From Clostridia bacterium (GTDB taxonomy: Bacteria > Bacillota > Clostridia > Oscillospirales > CAG-272), in contig JAGAPL010000032.1 of assembly GCA_017623255.1 (NCBI GenBank), positions 1 to 51,478 on the forward strand: a stretch of DNA of 51,478 bases, in the 5' to 3' direction. Positions 1 through 9,133 of this stretch are shown here, one piece after another. The notes beneath the pieces are model-generated. The model was not told the origin of the DNA, made no database searches, and saw only the letters and a list, made by a program, of their open reading frames with translations. Position numbers and translations under genes: made by a program. Position 1 is the first letter of the stretch. Every line of letters starts with the position of its first letter.

Positions 1-27
1 GGCTTAGTTTATGCAGAAATTTATAGT

Positions 28-176
28 CGCGCCGAGGGAGATTTCGCTCTCTGCGGAGAGCGACCAAGGAGCTGTGCCCCTTGGATCTCCGGTGAGTATT
101 AGGTTTTTCGCTCGTTGCGACGAGCGAATCAGGGCTCTGCCCTAATTACCCGCGACCTTTTTCAAAAAAGGTCGAT
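28..176. repeat. Intergenic array of five short GC-rich stem-loops (hairpin-array repeat, here called family R3)
   Basis: Read directly from the sequence. TCGCTCTC-TGCG-GAGAGCGA (44-63) and CCAAGG..CCTTGG (64-84) are enclosed by GGAGAT/ATCTCC (37-42/85-90). The others are TCGCTCGT-TGCG-ACGAGCGA (108-127), AGGGC-TCT-GCCCT (131-143) and CGACCTTTT-TCAA-AAAAGGTCG (153-174). Positions 130-183 recur at 38710-38763. Confidence 0.6.
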
Positions 177-302
177 AAAAACAATCCTACAATGTGCAGC
201 ACTAAATTATCGTTTATCGTACCAATCATAGCAGGGCGAGAGCTTGCTTCTCTGCTTTTTAATATTTGTTAATCTTTCTCACACAGGAGGTTCTTTAAAA
301 AC

Positions 303-331
303 AAAAAATCTTGCCGTAAAGGCAAGATTTT
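303..331 (-). terminator. Bidirectional intrinsic terminator, just 3' of the 6S RNA candidate
   Basis: Hairpin ATCTTGCC-GTAAA-GGCAAGAT, flanked by an A-run upstream and a T-run downstream. Confidence 0.7.
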
Positions 332-344
332 AAGAAGTGCATTA

Positions 345-556
345 TACAATGCTCCCGCAGTGCCGTGTAAAGTCACAATGTGAAACCCTGCTCATGCAAG
401 GTGGTGTGCGTCGTCCGTGCTTTGTGCTTCCAACATCCGATTCGCCTGTCAAAAGAGAGACGGTCGGGAGGCCTGCATTCCTACGCGGAGTGTTCACTCC
501 ATTAATCAACTGTGGGTTCAATTAGCAACCCTATCACGAAGCACCGCAGGAAAAAA
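345..556 (-). ncRNA. ssrS: 6S RNA (ssrS) candidate, ~200 nt; ends uncertain by about 10 nt
   Basis: On the minus strand, 5' CCUGCGGUGC (550-541) pairs with 3' GCACUGCGGG (363-354) through G-U pairs that work only on this strand. The closing stem extends through GAACCC (519-514)/GGGUUU (388-383). There is a large central bubble with a small hairpin GGAGU-GAAC-ACUCC, and a terminal hairpin CCGUC..GACAGG. The 3' bubble strand ACGACGCACACCACCUUG resembles E. coli 6S ACGACACAUUCACCUUG (from memory). A terminator follows. Confidence 0.7.
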
Positions 557-574
557 GCGTAATTATTTTAAAAA

Positions 575-877
575 TTACTCTTCGTCTGCTGCTTCCTCAA
601 AGTCAACGTCAGCGAATTCGTCGTCGAAAATATCAGCAACGCGATCGAATTCTTCGTCGTCTTCGATGGAAACGAGAACATCTTCGCCGTTTTCGTCCTT
701 TTCGCCGCGGAGAACGATGTATTCATCGATTTCAGCGTTTTCGTCTTCTGTGTAAGGAACGAGCGCGTAATATGTTACACCCTCAAGCTCAACTGTGCCG
801 ATAAGCTCGAAATCGCTTTCAACGCCTTCGTCGTCTGTGAGAGTATAGATTTCAGTTTCGAAAATTTCGTCTGCCAT
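575..877 (-). CDS. DUF1292-family small acidic protein
   Basis: The ORF was trimmed to ATG 877, preceded by AGGAGATAAATCC. The product MADEIFETEIYTLTDDEGVESDFELIG...YIVLRGEKDENGEDVL is the typical DUF1292 pattern as I recall it. Confidence 0.75.
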   Translation of the reverse strand: MADEIFETEIYTLTDDEGVESDFELIGTVELEGVTYYALVPYTEDENAEIDEYIVLRGEKDENGEDVLVSIEDDEEFDRVADIFDDEFADVDFEEAADEE

Positions 878-997
878 GGATTTATCTCCTTCTGTAATAA
901 TAGTATGCATCACCACTACTATTTTATACATATAATCATTTTTTGTCAAGGGGGAAACAGATATTGCCTTATTGCATGCGGTTTGGCTCCGGAAAGA

Positions 998-2965
998 TCA
1001 TTTCTTTTCTATTTCAAGGCTTTTGATCTTATCTCTCAGGTAAGCAGCTTCTTCAAAACGGAGCTCGGAAGCAGCCTTCTTCATCTCTGCTCTCAGGCGC
1101 TCGATTTCAGCAGCTTTTTCTGTTGCAGAGAGTTTTTTCTTATCAACCTTGCCGCGTTTGCCGCCCGTTGTGCCGATCTTAATAAGCTCGCCGATCTCTT
1201 TTTTTATGGTCTGGGGGGTGATGCCGTTTTCTTCGTTATATTTCTGCTGAATTGCACGGCGTCGGTTTGTTTCCTTTATTGCCGCATCCATTGAGCGAGT
1301 TATATTATCAGCGTACATAATAACTTTTCCGCCAACGTTTCGGGCCGCTCGTCCGATGGTCTGAATAAGTGACGTTTCGCTTCGGAGAAGGCCTTCTTTG
1401 TCGGCATCAAGAATAGCAACGAGGGTAACTTCGGGCAAATCTATTCCTTCTCTGAGCAAATTGATTCCCACAAGCACGTCAAACAATCCCATTCTCAAAT
1501 CGCGGATAAGCTCGCTACGCTCCATTGTTTCAACGTTGTGGTGAATATATTTAACTCTGATGCCCTGTTCGTCCATATATTCTGTCAGGTCTTCCGCCAT
1601 TTTCTTCGTAAGAGTGGTCACAAGAACACGCTCGCCCTTTTCCGTTCTTGCTCTGACTTCAGAGAGAAGGTCGTCAACCTGAGTTTCTACGGGACGCACC
1701 TCTATTTCAGGGTCAAGAAGTCCCGTAGGGCGTATGATCTGCTCTACGGTCTGCATAGAGTGGGTTTTTTCGTATTCTGCAGGTGTGGCTGAAACCATTA
1801 TCACCTGATTGATCTTTTCTTCAAATTCACCGAAATTAAGGGGTCTGTTATCGTAAGCAGAGGGGAGTCGGAATCCGTAGTCCACAAGGTTTTGCTTTCT
1901 TGCTCTGTCTCCTCCGAACATTCCGCGAACCTGCGGCAAGGTAACGTGGGATTCATCCACGAACATTATAAAGTCCTTTGGGAAGTAGTCAAGAAGGGTA
2001 TAGGGAGTGGAGCCCGGCTCTCTGCCTGAGAGCACTCTTGAATAGTTTTCAACTCCCGAACAGAAACCTATCTCGCGCAGCATTTCAAGATCGTATCGCG
2101 TGCGCTCTTCAATTCTCTGAGCCTCAAGCAGCTTTCCGTTTTCTTCGAAATAAGCAACTCTCTCAACCATCTCGCGTTCAATTTCTTTAAGTGCGTTTTC
2201 TCTGCCCTCGGGGGCAACAACGTAGTGATTGGCGGGGAAAACTGCGGCGTAGTTCATGTATTGAAGAACGCTTCCTGTCAGAGGATCAAACTCGGCGATC
2301 CTGTCAATTTCATCGCCGAAAAATTCAACTCTGATAGCTTTTTCGTTCTGGTTTGCAGGGAATATTTCAAGGGTATCGCCCCTCATTCTGAAATTGCCTC
2401 TTGTGAAGCTGAAGTCGTTGCGGTCGTAGCTGATGGCAATAAGCCTTGCTGCAAGCTCGTCGCGCTCCATGATCATTCCCGGTCGCACGGCAACCATCTG
2501 TGATTGGTATTCCTCCGGCGGACCCAGAGAATATATGCAGGAAACGCTGGCAACGATTATAACATCGCGTCTTTCAAAAAGGGCGGAAGTTGCGCTGTGG
2601 CGCAGCTTGTCTATCTCGTCGTTGATGGAGGAATCCTTTTCAATGTACATATCCTTTCCAGGCACATACGCCTCGGGCTGATAGTAGTCGTAGTAGGAAA
2701 CGAAATATTCAACGGCGTTTTCGGGGAAAAACTCACGAAATTCGCAGCAAAGCTGCGCCGCAAGAGTTTTGTTGTGGGCGAGCACAAGGGTTGGACGGTT
2801 CACATTGGCAATAACGTTAGCCATTGTGAAGGTTTTACCCGAGCCCGTAACGCCAAGCAGCGTCTGAGCTCTCATTCCTGCTTCAATACCTGCCGTCAGC
2901 TTATCAATTGCCTGGGGCTGATCGCCCGTTGGCTTGTATTTTGAGTGCAGCTTGAATTTATCCAC
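998..2965 (-). CDS. uvrB: Excinuclease ABC subunit B (UvrB)
   Basis: 655 aa. Walker A GVTGSGKT, helicase motif VDESH, C-terminal UVR motif [19 protein letters not shown] start with GGAGGTGA RBS. Confidence 0.97.
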   Translation of the reverse strand: MDKFKLHSKYKPTGDQPQAIDKLTAGIEAGMRAQTLLGVTGSGKTFTMANVIANVNRPTLVLAHNKTLAAQLCCEFREFFPENAVEYFVSYYDYYQPEAYVPGKDMYIEKDSSINDEIDKLRHSATSALFERRDVIIVASVSCIYSLGPPEEYQSQMVAVRPGMIMERDELAARLIAISYDRNDFSFTRGNFRMRGDTLEIFPANQNEKAIRVEFFGDEIDRIAEFDPLTGSVLQYMNYAAVFPANHYVVAPEGRENALKEIEREMVERVAYFEENGKLLEAQRIEERTRYDLEMLREIGFCSGVENYSRVLSGREPGSTPYTLLDYFPKDFIMFVDESHVTLPQVRGMFGGDRARKQNLVDYGFRLPSAYDNRPLNFGEFEEKINQVIMVSATPAEYEKTHSMQTVEQIIRPTGLLDPEIEVRPVETQVDDLLSEVRARTEKGERVLVTTLTKKMAEDLTEYMDEQGIRVKYIHHNVETMERSELIRDLRMGLFDVLVGINLLREGIDLPEVTLVAILDADKEGLLRSETSLIQTIGRAARNVGGKVIMYADNITRSMDAAIKETNRRRAIQQKYNEENGITPQTIKKEIGELIKIGTTGGKRGKVDKKKLSATEKAAEIERLRAEMKKAASELRFEEAAYLRDKIKSLEIEKK

Positions 2966-2985
2966 AAGCGATCACCTCCGTTTGT

Positions 2986-3759
2986 TTATATCAGTGATTT
3001 ACCTTCCCATTCTGCAGGGGGAGTGATATCAAAAAGCTTAGTTACAGTGGGAGCAATATCCATAATGCTTGCATTTTCAATATTTTTGCCCGCTTCAAAA
3101 TCTTTTCCGTGTATGTAAAGGGGAATTATCATATCCTCGGGAATATCAGCGCCGTGTCCTCTGTCATGGCCGCCGTGATCGGCTGTAATGAAAACGGTGT
3201 ATTCCTCATCCTTTTTTGCGAGCTCATTCATAAAGCGTTCTATCTCGTCCCAGGAGCGACGAACGGAGTGGAAATATTCCTCGCCCATCCAACCGTGCCA
3301 ATGGCCTGCGTGGTCGGGCCAGCCAAGATACAGAAAAATAAAGTCGGGATCGTCTTCTGTAAGGCTGGTGATCGCCGCATCGGTCACAAGGCGGTTAGCT
3401 TCTTCAAAGCCCAGCTTTCTTTCTGAAACGTAGTAGCTCTTAATAAGTGAACCCGGGCGCGAAAGGTCGCGCAGTTCTTCCCAGTTATAGAAGAAGGCGC
3501 AGGTCTTCCCGTTATCGTTAAGCACCTCGCAAAGACCTTTAACAGGGCGCACCTGAGGGGTGTAGGTATTGGTGGTAACACCGTGTCGTGATGGATCTAC
3601 GCTATGGAACAGAGACATATGGCAAGGGAGTGTAACTGAAGGATAAACAGTTCTTGCATTCATTGTGAATGATGCCTTTTCGCTCATTGCCTTAGCGTAA
3701 GGAATTTCCATAAGTCCGTCGGGACGCATACCGTCAACAAGAATAATAACAGCTTTCAT
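2986..3759 (-). CDS. Alkaline-phosphatase superfamily protein (type I phosphodiesterase/nucleotide pyrophosphatase-like)
   Basis: 257 aa. Metal-site motifs ILVDGMRPDG and ITADHGGHD. RBS AGAGGTGA. Confidence 0.7.
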   Translation of the reverse strand: MKAVIILVDGMRPDGLMEIPYAKAMSEKASFTMNARTVYPSVTLPCHMSLFHSVDPSRHGVTTNTYTPQVRPVKGLCEVLNDNGKTCAFFYNWEELRDLSRPGSLIKSYYVSERKLGFEEANRLVTDAAITSLTEDDPDFIFLYLGWPDHAGHWHGWMGEEYFHSVRRSWDEIERFMNELAKKDEEYTVFITADHGGHDRGHGADIPEDMIIPLYIHGKDFEAGKNIENASIMDIAPTVTKLFDITPPAEWEGKSLI

Positions 3760-3814
3760 AATATCACCTCTTTATCCCCTTTATTCTATCATATTTTTAC
3801 CTTTATATCAACCA

Positions 3815-6139
3815 TTATGCGTATTCTTTCACTCTCATAACGGCAACAGTTATATCATCCTCCTTGTTCGTTGCTTTTTCTGCGGCTTCTCCGATAAGCT
3901 TTGCAGCCTCCTTTGGAGAAAGTGAAGCGAGATCTTTGCTTTCAAGCAGCTCGTATAACCAGGGGCAAGCCTCGTAGCTTCCCGTAACTCCGTCGCTGAG
4001 CATAACTATCATATCTCCGTCTATGGTATCAAACGTAATTTTTTCCGCGTCAAGAGCGCGTATTATGCCAATGGGCACCGTTTTTGAATGAAGGCGGAAA
4101 ACCTTTCCTCCTCTCAGCACGAACGAAGGAGCAGCTCCGCTTTTTATAAAGCTCGTTTTGCCCGTATAAAGATCGCTTTCCATAAGGTCAACTGTGGTGA
4201 AGCATTCGCCCTCGCCGCCGCAAATAAAGGCATTAAGCAGCTCAAGAGAGCTTTTCATAGGGGCGCCTGCCATAAGCAGCTTCTCAAGAAAAACTGCAGA
4301 TATTCCGCTGGTGAGCGCGGCTTCTTTTCCGCTGCCCATCCCATCGGAAACGAGAGAATAGTAAAATCCTTCGTCGTTTTTAAATGAGGAAACCGTATCT
4401 CCACTGAAGCTTTCCTTTTCTCCTGCTGAAGAATATTTCCCCGAATCAATTTGATATTTGGGAACTGTGTGCAGATATGCGGAAACGGAGCTGCCGTCGA
4501 TGGTGAAGTCGGGTGAGGAAAGCCTCCCACCAACGATTCTTTCGCTTTCGCGGCGCAGATCATCTTCCCCTGCGGCGTTGGGAAGTCCTATTCCCCTGTA
4601 ATATATTTTCCTGTTTCGCTTTCCGTAAACTGAAACCCCCGTTATATCAACTCCCATTTCAGAAAATGAATTTATAAGCGCGATCTCCTTTTCTGTATCT
4701 CTTGACCAATGATCCTCTTCAGGCTTGGCGCTTTGGCGAAGCAGAGATGCAATGGCTTTATAATCAGATGCAAAAAGGCGCGTTTTGCAGCTTTCAGCCG
4801 CAAGTCTGCCTGTTATTTTGGCTGATGTAGATGTAAAATCAAGAATTTTATCAATATTGTGGCAGCGCGATGCAATCCTTTGAGGAACAATACGTGGAGA
4901 GGCGCTGCCGTGTTCTTTAAGCTCATTGGTGAGTGAAGAGAAAAAACGGTTTGTTTCATTTTTTTCTATACCTGAGCATATTTTATAATGTACGCAATTT
5001 TCGCAGAATTTAGCCTTGGCTGAGGCGCAGATACGCTCAGCCTCTTCCGGGGTGGGCCTTTGCACCTTATGGGAGACTTCCGTAAGCAGATCAGATATTT
5101 CCTCAAGGGAAAGAGATAGCTTTCCCATTTTTTCTTCAAGCTGACGGTTTGGGAGGCTTTGAGGCGGCGCGATTTCCTTTGGTATTTGAAAAAACTCTCT
5201 TTTGGGGAAAATTCCCAAATTGGCAAGGGGCGCAAGGGTGGCGGCGGTGAACAGTATTTCCGGAAAAAGATCTCCCATTGCGCCGAAGCCTGCGGCCTTG
5301 AATGCCCAGCACATTGCAACGCCTGCCGCGCAGGCGACTGCGCCTGCTGCCGAATAATTATAAATGAGCCCTGCGGTGAAGGCTGCAAGGGGAAACATGG
5401 GCGCATATGCTGCTTCCATTGCCATGCCGCTGAAAATACCAACGGCTGCGCCTGCAAGAGCTCCGTTGGTGTATGTAAGAATAACAGTGATAGCCAGTGC
5501 AAAAACTGCTCCTGCATTAAAGGGTAGTTGCCAATCCTGCAGCATAAGCGATATTGCGTATGCGGCTGCGCACAAGCCTGAAATGCGAATATTCTGCTTT
5601 TCTCTTTTTGAAAGCAGCAGGCTGAAGGCATATGCGAATGCAGGATAGAGAGCAAAGCCCGAAACTGCGGCGAAAATATCAAGATACATATTTCCTCCGT
5701 AAAGCACAGTAACCGAGCCTGCCGCAATGGAAGCCACAGCTGCAACCAATATTCTCATAGGCCGTTTTTCCGTAAAGGCTTTTTCAGGTGAAAAATTCTT
5801 TCTTTTTTCAATAAATGAAACTGAAAGTCTGACTATGTAAACACCTGCGCAAATAAATATTTGCCACAATCCGCTTTGTCCGATGCCGGCAGAACCCAGC
5901 ACAGCGCCGCATAGGGCAGCCGAGGTGCAAACAAATCCGCTTGATGCGCAGATAACGGCAACTCCGAAGGGCGTAACCCCCATAACAGCTTCAACTCCCG
6001 AAAGCGCAAGCGCGGCAATGAGCCATAGCAAAGGCTTGACAACTGTTGCAACAAATTTGTTTTCGAAAACGCCCTCCATTTTTTTCATTAATGTGTCAAT
6101 GCTTTCGTTTTGAGTTTTTTTGATTTTTGAAACATCCAT
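3815..6139 (-). CDS. spoIIE: Stage II sporulation protein E (SpoIIE), membrane PP2C phosphatase
   Basis: 774 aa. The N-terminal ~330 aa form multiple hydrophobic transmembrane segments. The C-terminal PP2C domain carries SDGMGSGKEAA and MLSDGV. Confidence 0.9.
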   Translation of the reverse strand: MDVSKIKKTQNESIDTLMKKMEGVFENKFVATVVKPLLWLIAALALSGVEAVMGVTPFGVAVICASSGFVCTSAALCGAVLGSAGIGQSGLWQIFICAGVYIVRLSVSFIEKRKNFSPEKAFTEKRPMRILVAAVASIAAGSVTVLYGGNMYLDIFAAVSGFALYPAFAYAFSLLLSKREKQNIRISGLCAAAYAISLMLQDWQLPFNAGAVFALAITVILTYTNGALAGAAVGIFSGMAMEAAYAPMFPLAAFTAGLIYNYSAAGAVACAAGVAMCWAFKAAGFGAMGDLFPEILFTAATLAPLANLGIFPKREFFQIPKEIAPPQSLPNRQLEEKMGKLSLSLEEISDLLTEVSHKVQRPTPEEAERICASAKAKFCENCVHYKICSGIEKNETNRFFSSLTNELKEHGSASPRIVPQRIASRCHNIDKILDFTSTSAKITGRLAAESCKTRLFASDYKAIASLLRQSAKPEEDHWSRDTEKEIALINSFSEMGVDITGVSVYGKRNRKIYYRGIGLPNAAGEDDLRRESERIVGGRLSSPDFTIDGSSVSAYLHTVPKYQIDSGKYSSAGEKESFSGDTVSSFKNDEGFYYSLVSDGMGSGKEAALTSGISAVFLEKLLMAGAPMKSSLELLNAFICGGEGECFTTVDLMESDLYTGKTSFIKSGAAPSFVLRGGKVFRLHSKTVPIGIIRALDAEKITFDTIDGDMIVMLSDGVTGSYEACPWLYELLESKDLASLSPKEAAKLIGEAAEKATNKEDDITVAVMRVKEYA

Positions 6140-6261
6140 TTCTTTCCCATTTCCTTTCTTTTTCTTAGGTTATGGGTATTTTCGCATCATGGAGGTGAAA
6201 AGGCAGTCGCAAGCTGGATATCGACTGTTATTATTTTTTGTGATGGCTTAACGGGAAAGGA

Positions 6262-6330
6262 TGAAAATAAAAATTCCCCGCTTATTTTATCCCGATTTCA
6301 ATCGGGCAATAAGCGGGGAATTGTTTTTTT
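6262..6330 (-). terminator. Long-stem bidirectional terminator downstream of abrB
   Basis: AATTCCCCGCTTATT (6272-6286) pairs with AATAAGCGGGGAATT (6308-6322). An inner CCCGAT-TTCA-ATCGGG hairpin is present. T-runs are present on both strands. Confidence 0.7.
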
Positions 6331-6338
6331 GCGATTGA

Positions 6339-6578
6339 TTATTTTGTTAATTCTTCAAGGCAAGCACGGCAAACGCGCTTGTTCTTGAACATAACGATAT
6401 CATCAGCTTCGCCGCAGAAAATGCAGCTGGGAGCATATTTCTGAAGAATGATCTTATCCTTTTCAACGAAGATCTCAACTCCGTCGCCGGGTTCAAGTTC
6501 GAAGGATGTTCTGATTTCCTTGGGGAGAACGATTCTGCCAAGTTCATCAACTTTTCTGACAATTCCGAGAGATTTCAT
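6339..6578 (-). CDS. abrB: AbrB-family transition-state regulator with a C-terminal CxxC..CxxC extension
   Basis: The ORF was trimmed to ATG 6578. MKSLGIVRKVDELGRIVLPKEIR closely matches the B. subtilis AbrB N-terminus (MKSTGIVRKVDELGRVVIPIELR, from memory). The C-terminus is CIFCG...CRAC. Confidence 0.85.
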   Translation of the reverse strand: MKSLGIVRKVDELGRIVLPKEIRTSFELEPGDGVEIFVEKDKIILQKYAPSCIFCGEADDIVMFKNKRVCRACLEELTK

Positions 6579-6657
6579 AATATATACCTGACCTTTCTCA
6601 GATGCTTTTGCGTGTTGTAAACGGGATGTCGGAAGTCCCATCAGCATCTTTTTACAA

Positions 6658-6686
6658 ATTTTAACACAAAGTGCCTTTATTGTCAA
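6658..6686 (-). promoter_or_regulatory. Sigma-A-type promoter for abrB
   Basis: Minus strand: TTGACA (6686-6681), 17-nt spacer, TAAAAT (6663-6658). This leaves a leader of about 80 nt. Confidence 0.55.
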
Positions 6687-6746
6687 TGGATATATCTTTT
6701 CCGAAAAGTTATCAATTTGAAAAGAAAAAATTAAGAAAATTTTTCC

Positions 6747-6944
6747 TTAGTTCTGTTTTTGGACAGTTTTATACTCATCGTAGAACTTATAATATGGGCA
6801 GCTTGAGTAGGGATGACCGAGAAAGCGGATCATTTCGTCTTCATCAAGGTCAAGCGTACAGATATAGGCTTCCATATATTCGTCATAGTCGTAGTACATG
6901 CAGGATTCGCAATCGGTTATTTTCAGCTTTTTATTTGCAGCCAT
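6747..6944 (-). CDS. Small (65 aa) acidic, Cys- and Tyr-rich hypothetical protein
   Basis: Clean ORF, MAANKKLKITDCESCMYYDYDEY...SSCPYYKFYDEY, with four Cys arranged CxxC..C..C. I do not recognise a characterised family. Confidence 0.5.
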   Translation of the reverse strand: MAANKKLKITDCESCMYYDYDEYMEAYICTLDLDEDEMIRFLGHPYSSCPYYKFYDEYKTVQKQN

Positions 6945-6963
6945 AAAATCTCCTTAATAAACT

Positions 6964-6987
6964 AAAAGCGGCGATAACGCCGCTTTT
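6964..6987 (-). terminator. Intrinsic terminator after pfkA
   Basis: AAAAGCGGCG-ATAA-CGCCGCTTTT, a perfect stem with a U-run on the minus strand. Confidence 0.75.
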
Positions 6988-6999
6988 AAAGTTATGTTT

Positions 7000-8064
7000 T
7001 TAGCAAGTAAGGTCAGCAAGAAGAACTGTCATATCCTTGAAGAACTTCTTCTTTGCATCAACGATCTTTCTGATGCGGGCCTTATCTTCTTCGGGATATT
7101 TGTTCATTGCCTTGAAATCGTCCTTGCCCTTATAGATGCGGTCTGCTGTCTGAGCCAGGTTGATATCAAGAGAAAGGATCTTATTGTCTCTTTCGCAGAT
7201 AACAAGGTTTGTTTTTCCGCAGAGAAGTTCCTTAACTGCTTCGGAGCCCATCTTTGCTGCTGTAACTCTGTCTCTGAGGGAGGGGTTACCGCCGCGAACA
7301 ACGTGAGCAAGGCGCGCAAATCTTGTTTCGATGCCGGTGTTTTCTTCAACCTTCTTTGCAAATTCTTCAGATGCATAGAAGGGGATCATTTCGCTGACAA
7401 CAACTATAAAGCCTCTCTTGCCGTCAGCTCTCAGGTGCTTCATCTTATCATAGAGAGCCTCCTCATCAAAGGGGCGCTCAACGATAACGCAACCAACTGC
7501 GCCGCAAGCGATTGCAGACTGGATAGCGATGCCGCCTGCTTTGTTACCCATAACTTCAACTACGTTGCAACGGCCGTGGGATTCGCAAGTGTCACGAAGA
7601 TTATCAATTGCTTCGATGGCTGTGTTCATCGCTGTATCATATCCAACTGAATATTCAGAGGATGCAATATCATTATCAATTGTGCAGGGAACGCCGATTG
7701 TGGGGATTCCTCTGTTGGAAAGGTCTGTTGCGCCGCGGAATGTTCCGTCGCCGCCGCAAGCAACGATACCGTCAAGCTGGTATTTCTTGCAGGTTTCAAT
7801 TGCCTTTGCCATACCTTCCTCTGTTTTAAATTCATCACATCTGTCGGTGTAAAGAATTGTGCCGCCGATGCTTTCGATGCCGGAAACATCTCTTGCCGTA
7901 AGGGGTCTGACCTTATCGTTTACAAGGCCGCTGTAGCCGCCCAGAATACCGAATACCTCTACTCCGTATGAAAGGGCTGTACGAGTAACGGCGCGGATTG
8001 CGCTGTTCATACCGGGGGCGTCACCGCCGGAAGTGAGAACTCCTATTCTTTTAAGCTGTGCCAT
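7000..8064 (-). CDS. pfkA: ATP-dependent 6-phosphofructokinase
   Basis: 354 aa. Motifs GVLTSGGDAPGMNSAIR, CGGDGT, PCTIDNDI. Confidence 0.95.
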   Translation of the reverse strand: MAQLKRIGVLTSGGDAPGMNSAIRAVTRTALSYGVEVFGILGGYSGLVNDKVRPLTARDVSGIESIGGTILYTDRCDEFKTEEGMAKAIETCKKYQLDGIVACGGDGTFRGATDLSNRGIPTIGVPCTIDNDIASSEYSVGYDTAMNTAIEAIDNLRDTCESHGRCNVVEVMGNKAGGIAIQSAIACGAVGCVIVERPFDEEALYDKMKHLRADGKRGFIVVVSEMIPFYASEEFAKKVEENTGIETRFARLAHVVRGGNPSLRDRVTAAKMGSEAVKELLCGKTNLVICERDNKILSLDINLAQTADRIYKGKDDFKAMNKYPEEDKARIRKIVDAKKKFFKDMTVLLADLTC

Positions 8065-8115
8065 AATGATCTATCTCCTGTTTGCTAACAATTATTTATT
8101 ATGTCAATTACAATT

Positions 8116-8144
8116 ATTGTACTACTGTTTTTTGAAAAAATCAA
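8116..8144 (-). promoter_or_regulatory. Sigma-A-type promoter for pfkA
   Basis: Minus strand: TTGATT (8144-8139), 17-nt spacer, TACAAT (8121-8116). Confidence 0.5.
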
Positions 8145-8168
8145 TAGTTTCGGCCAATATCTCCCAAA

Positions 8169-9110
8169 TCAAAATAAAATATGTCCGAAAATAGTGCCGA
8201 AAATAACAGAAAATCCGTAAACCTCAGCACAAACAAGCAGATTTTCTTTGAAGTTGTCGTTTGCGCGGAACAAAATCAGAAGTCCGCTGCCGGCTCCTGC
8301 CATGAGTGCAGTGAGCATAAAGGGGGCTCCGATAAAACCTTCAAGGAAAAGCTCTGTCACTGCAACGGAAACCGCGCAGTTTGGAATAAGGCCTATAAGC
8401 CCTGCAACAAGGCTGCCCACCACGGGAATATCAGAAAGGCTTCTGAGGGCATCGGCAATATCAAAGAATTCAAGGGCGATATTGATCACAACTGAGAGCA
8501 AGAGAATGAATACAAAAACTCTCAATGTGCGCACCAAAGCGGAAACGAAAAGATTGCCTTCTGCTGCGCAAAAGCTATCTCCGCAGCCACAATCGCAGGC
8601 TTCAAGATCCTCCTCTGAGATCTCGCCGTCGTTTTCGTAATCTTTTTCAGCATATTCCTCAGGATATTTCAGTTTATAATAGGTTCTTATAATGAAATCA
8701 AGCAAAAAGCCTGCAGCAACAGCGCTCAGCACTTTTGCCAGCAGTATTTTCAGTATCATAGAGATAGGTGCCTGATTTGAGATCATAACGGCAAGCATCT
8801 CGTCTGAAGTGGAGAGATAAACTGAAATAAGTGTACCTGCCGTAAGTATACCTGCTCCGTAGAGGTTTGATGCGGCGGCAGAAAAGCCGCAGGAGGGAGT
8901 AAGGCCCAGAACTCCTCCGATAAACGGGCCAACCTTGCCTGCGCCTACAACGGCTCGGATCATAAAGCGTCCGCCGCCGCGCTCAAGGGCGCCTATAAGC
9001 ATATAGGCAAGAAACATAAAAGGGATAATAAGGACCGTGTCCTTAAGGGCGTGTTCGAGAGCGTGCCAGCCGTTATGGAGGCACGCCTCAAGAAATTGTA
9101 TTATATTCAT
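8169..9110 (-). CDS. Polytopic membrane protein, ArsP_2/'putative 10-TM heavy-metal exporter'-like
   Basis: 313 aa, hydrophobic throughout. Two-fold internal repeat of a P-x-C motif (GLTPSCGFSAAASNLY / GLIPNCAVSVAVTELF). The central loop contains CDCGCGDSFC. The family call is from memory only. Confidence 0.5.
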   Translation of the reverse strand: MNIIQFLEACLHNGWHALEHALKDTVLIIPFMFLAYMLIGALERGGGRFMIRAVVGAGKVGPFIGGVLGLTPSCGFSAAASNLYGAGILTAGTLISVYLSTSDEMLAVMISNQAPISMILKILLAKVLSAVAAGFLLDFIIRTYYKLKYPEEYAEKDYENDGEISEEDLEACDCGCGDSFCAAEGNLFVSALVRTLRVFVFILLLSVVINIALEFFDIADALRSLSDIPVVGSLVAGLIGLIPNCAVSVAVTELFLEGFIGAPFMLTALMAGAGSGLLILFRANDNFKENLLVCAEVYGFSVIFGTIFGHILF

Positions 9111-9133
9111 TAATTATCGTGTATCCTTATAAA

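Noticed and set aside
11-154. 47-codon ORF (MQKFIVAPREISLSAESDQGAVPLGS...) spanning the hairpin array
   Set aside because: There is no RBS. The partial copy of the array at 38710 does not keep an ORF. The conservation pattern (compensatory stem changes) points to structure rather than coding.
337-755. ORFs 337-525 (+, 62 aa) and 417-755 (+, 112 aa)
   Set aside because: They overlap the 6S RNA candidate and the antisense of the DUF1292 gene. They have no RBS and their composition is Ser-rich low complexity.
4966-5745. 259-aa alternative-frame ORF inside spoIIE, same strand
   Set aside because: It lies within the transmembrane region of a well-supported gene. Its product is Gln/Pro/Cys-rich and non-homologous, so it is a frame artefact.
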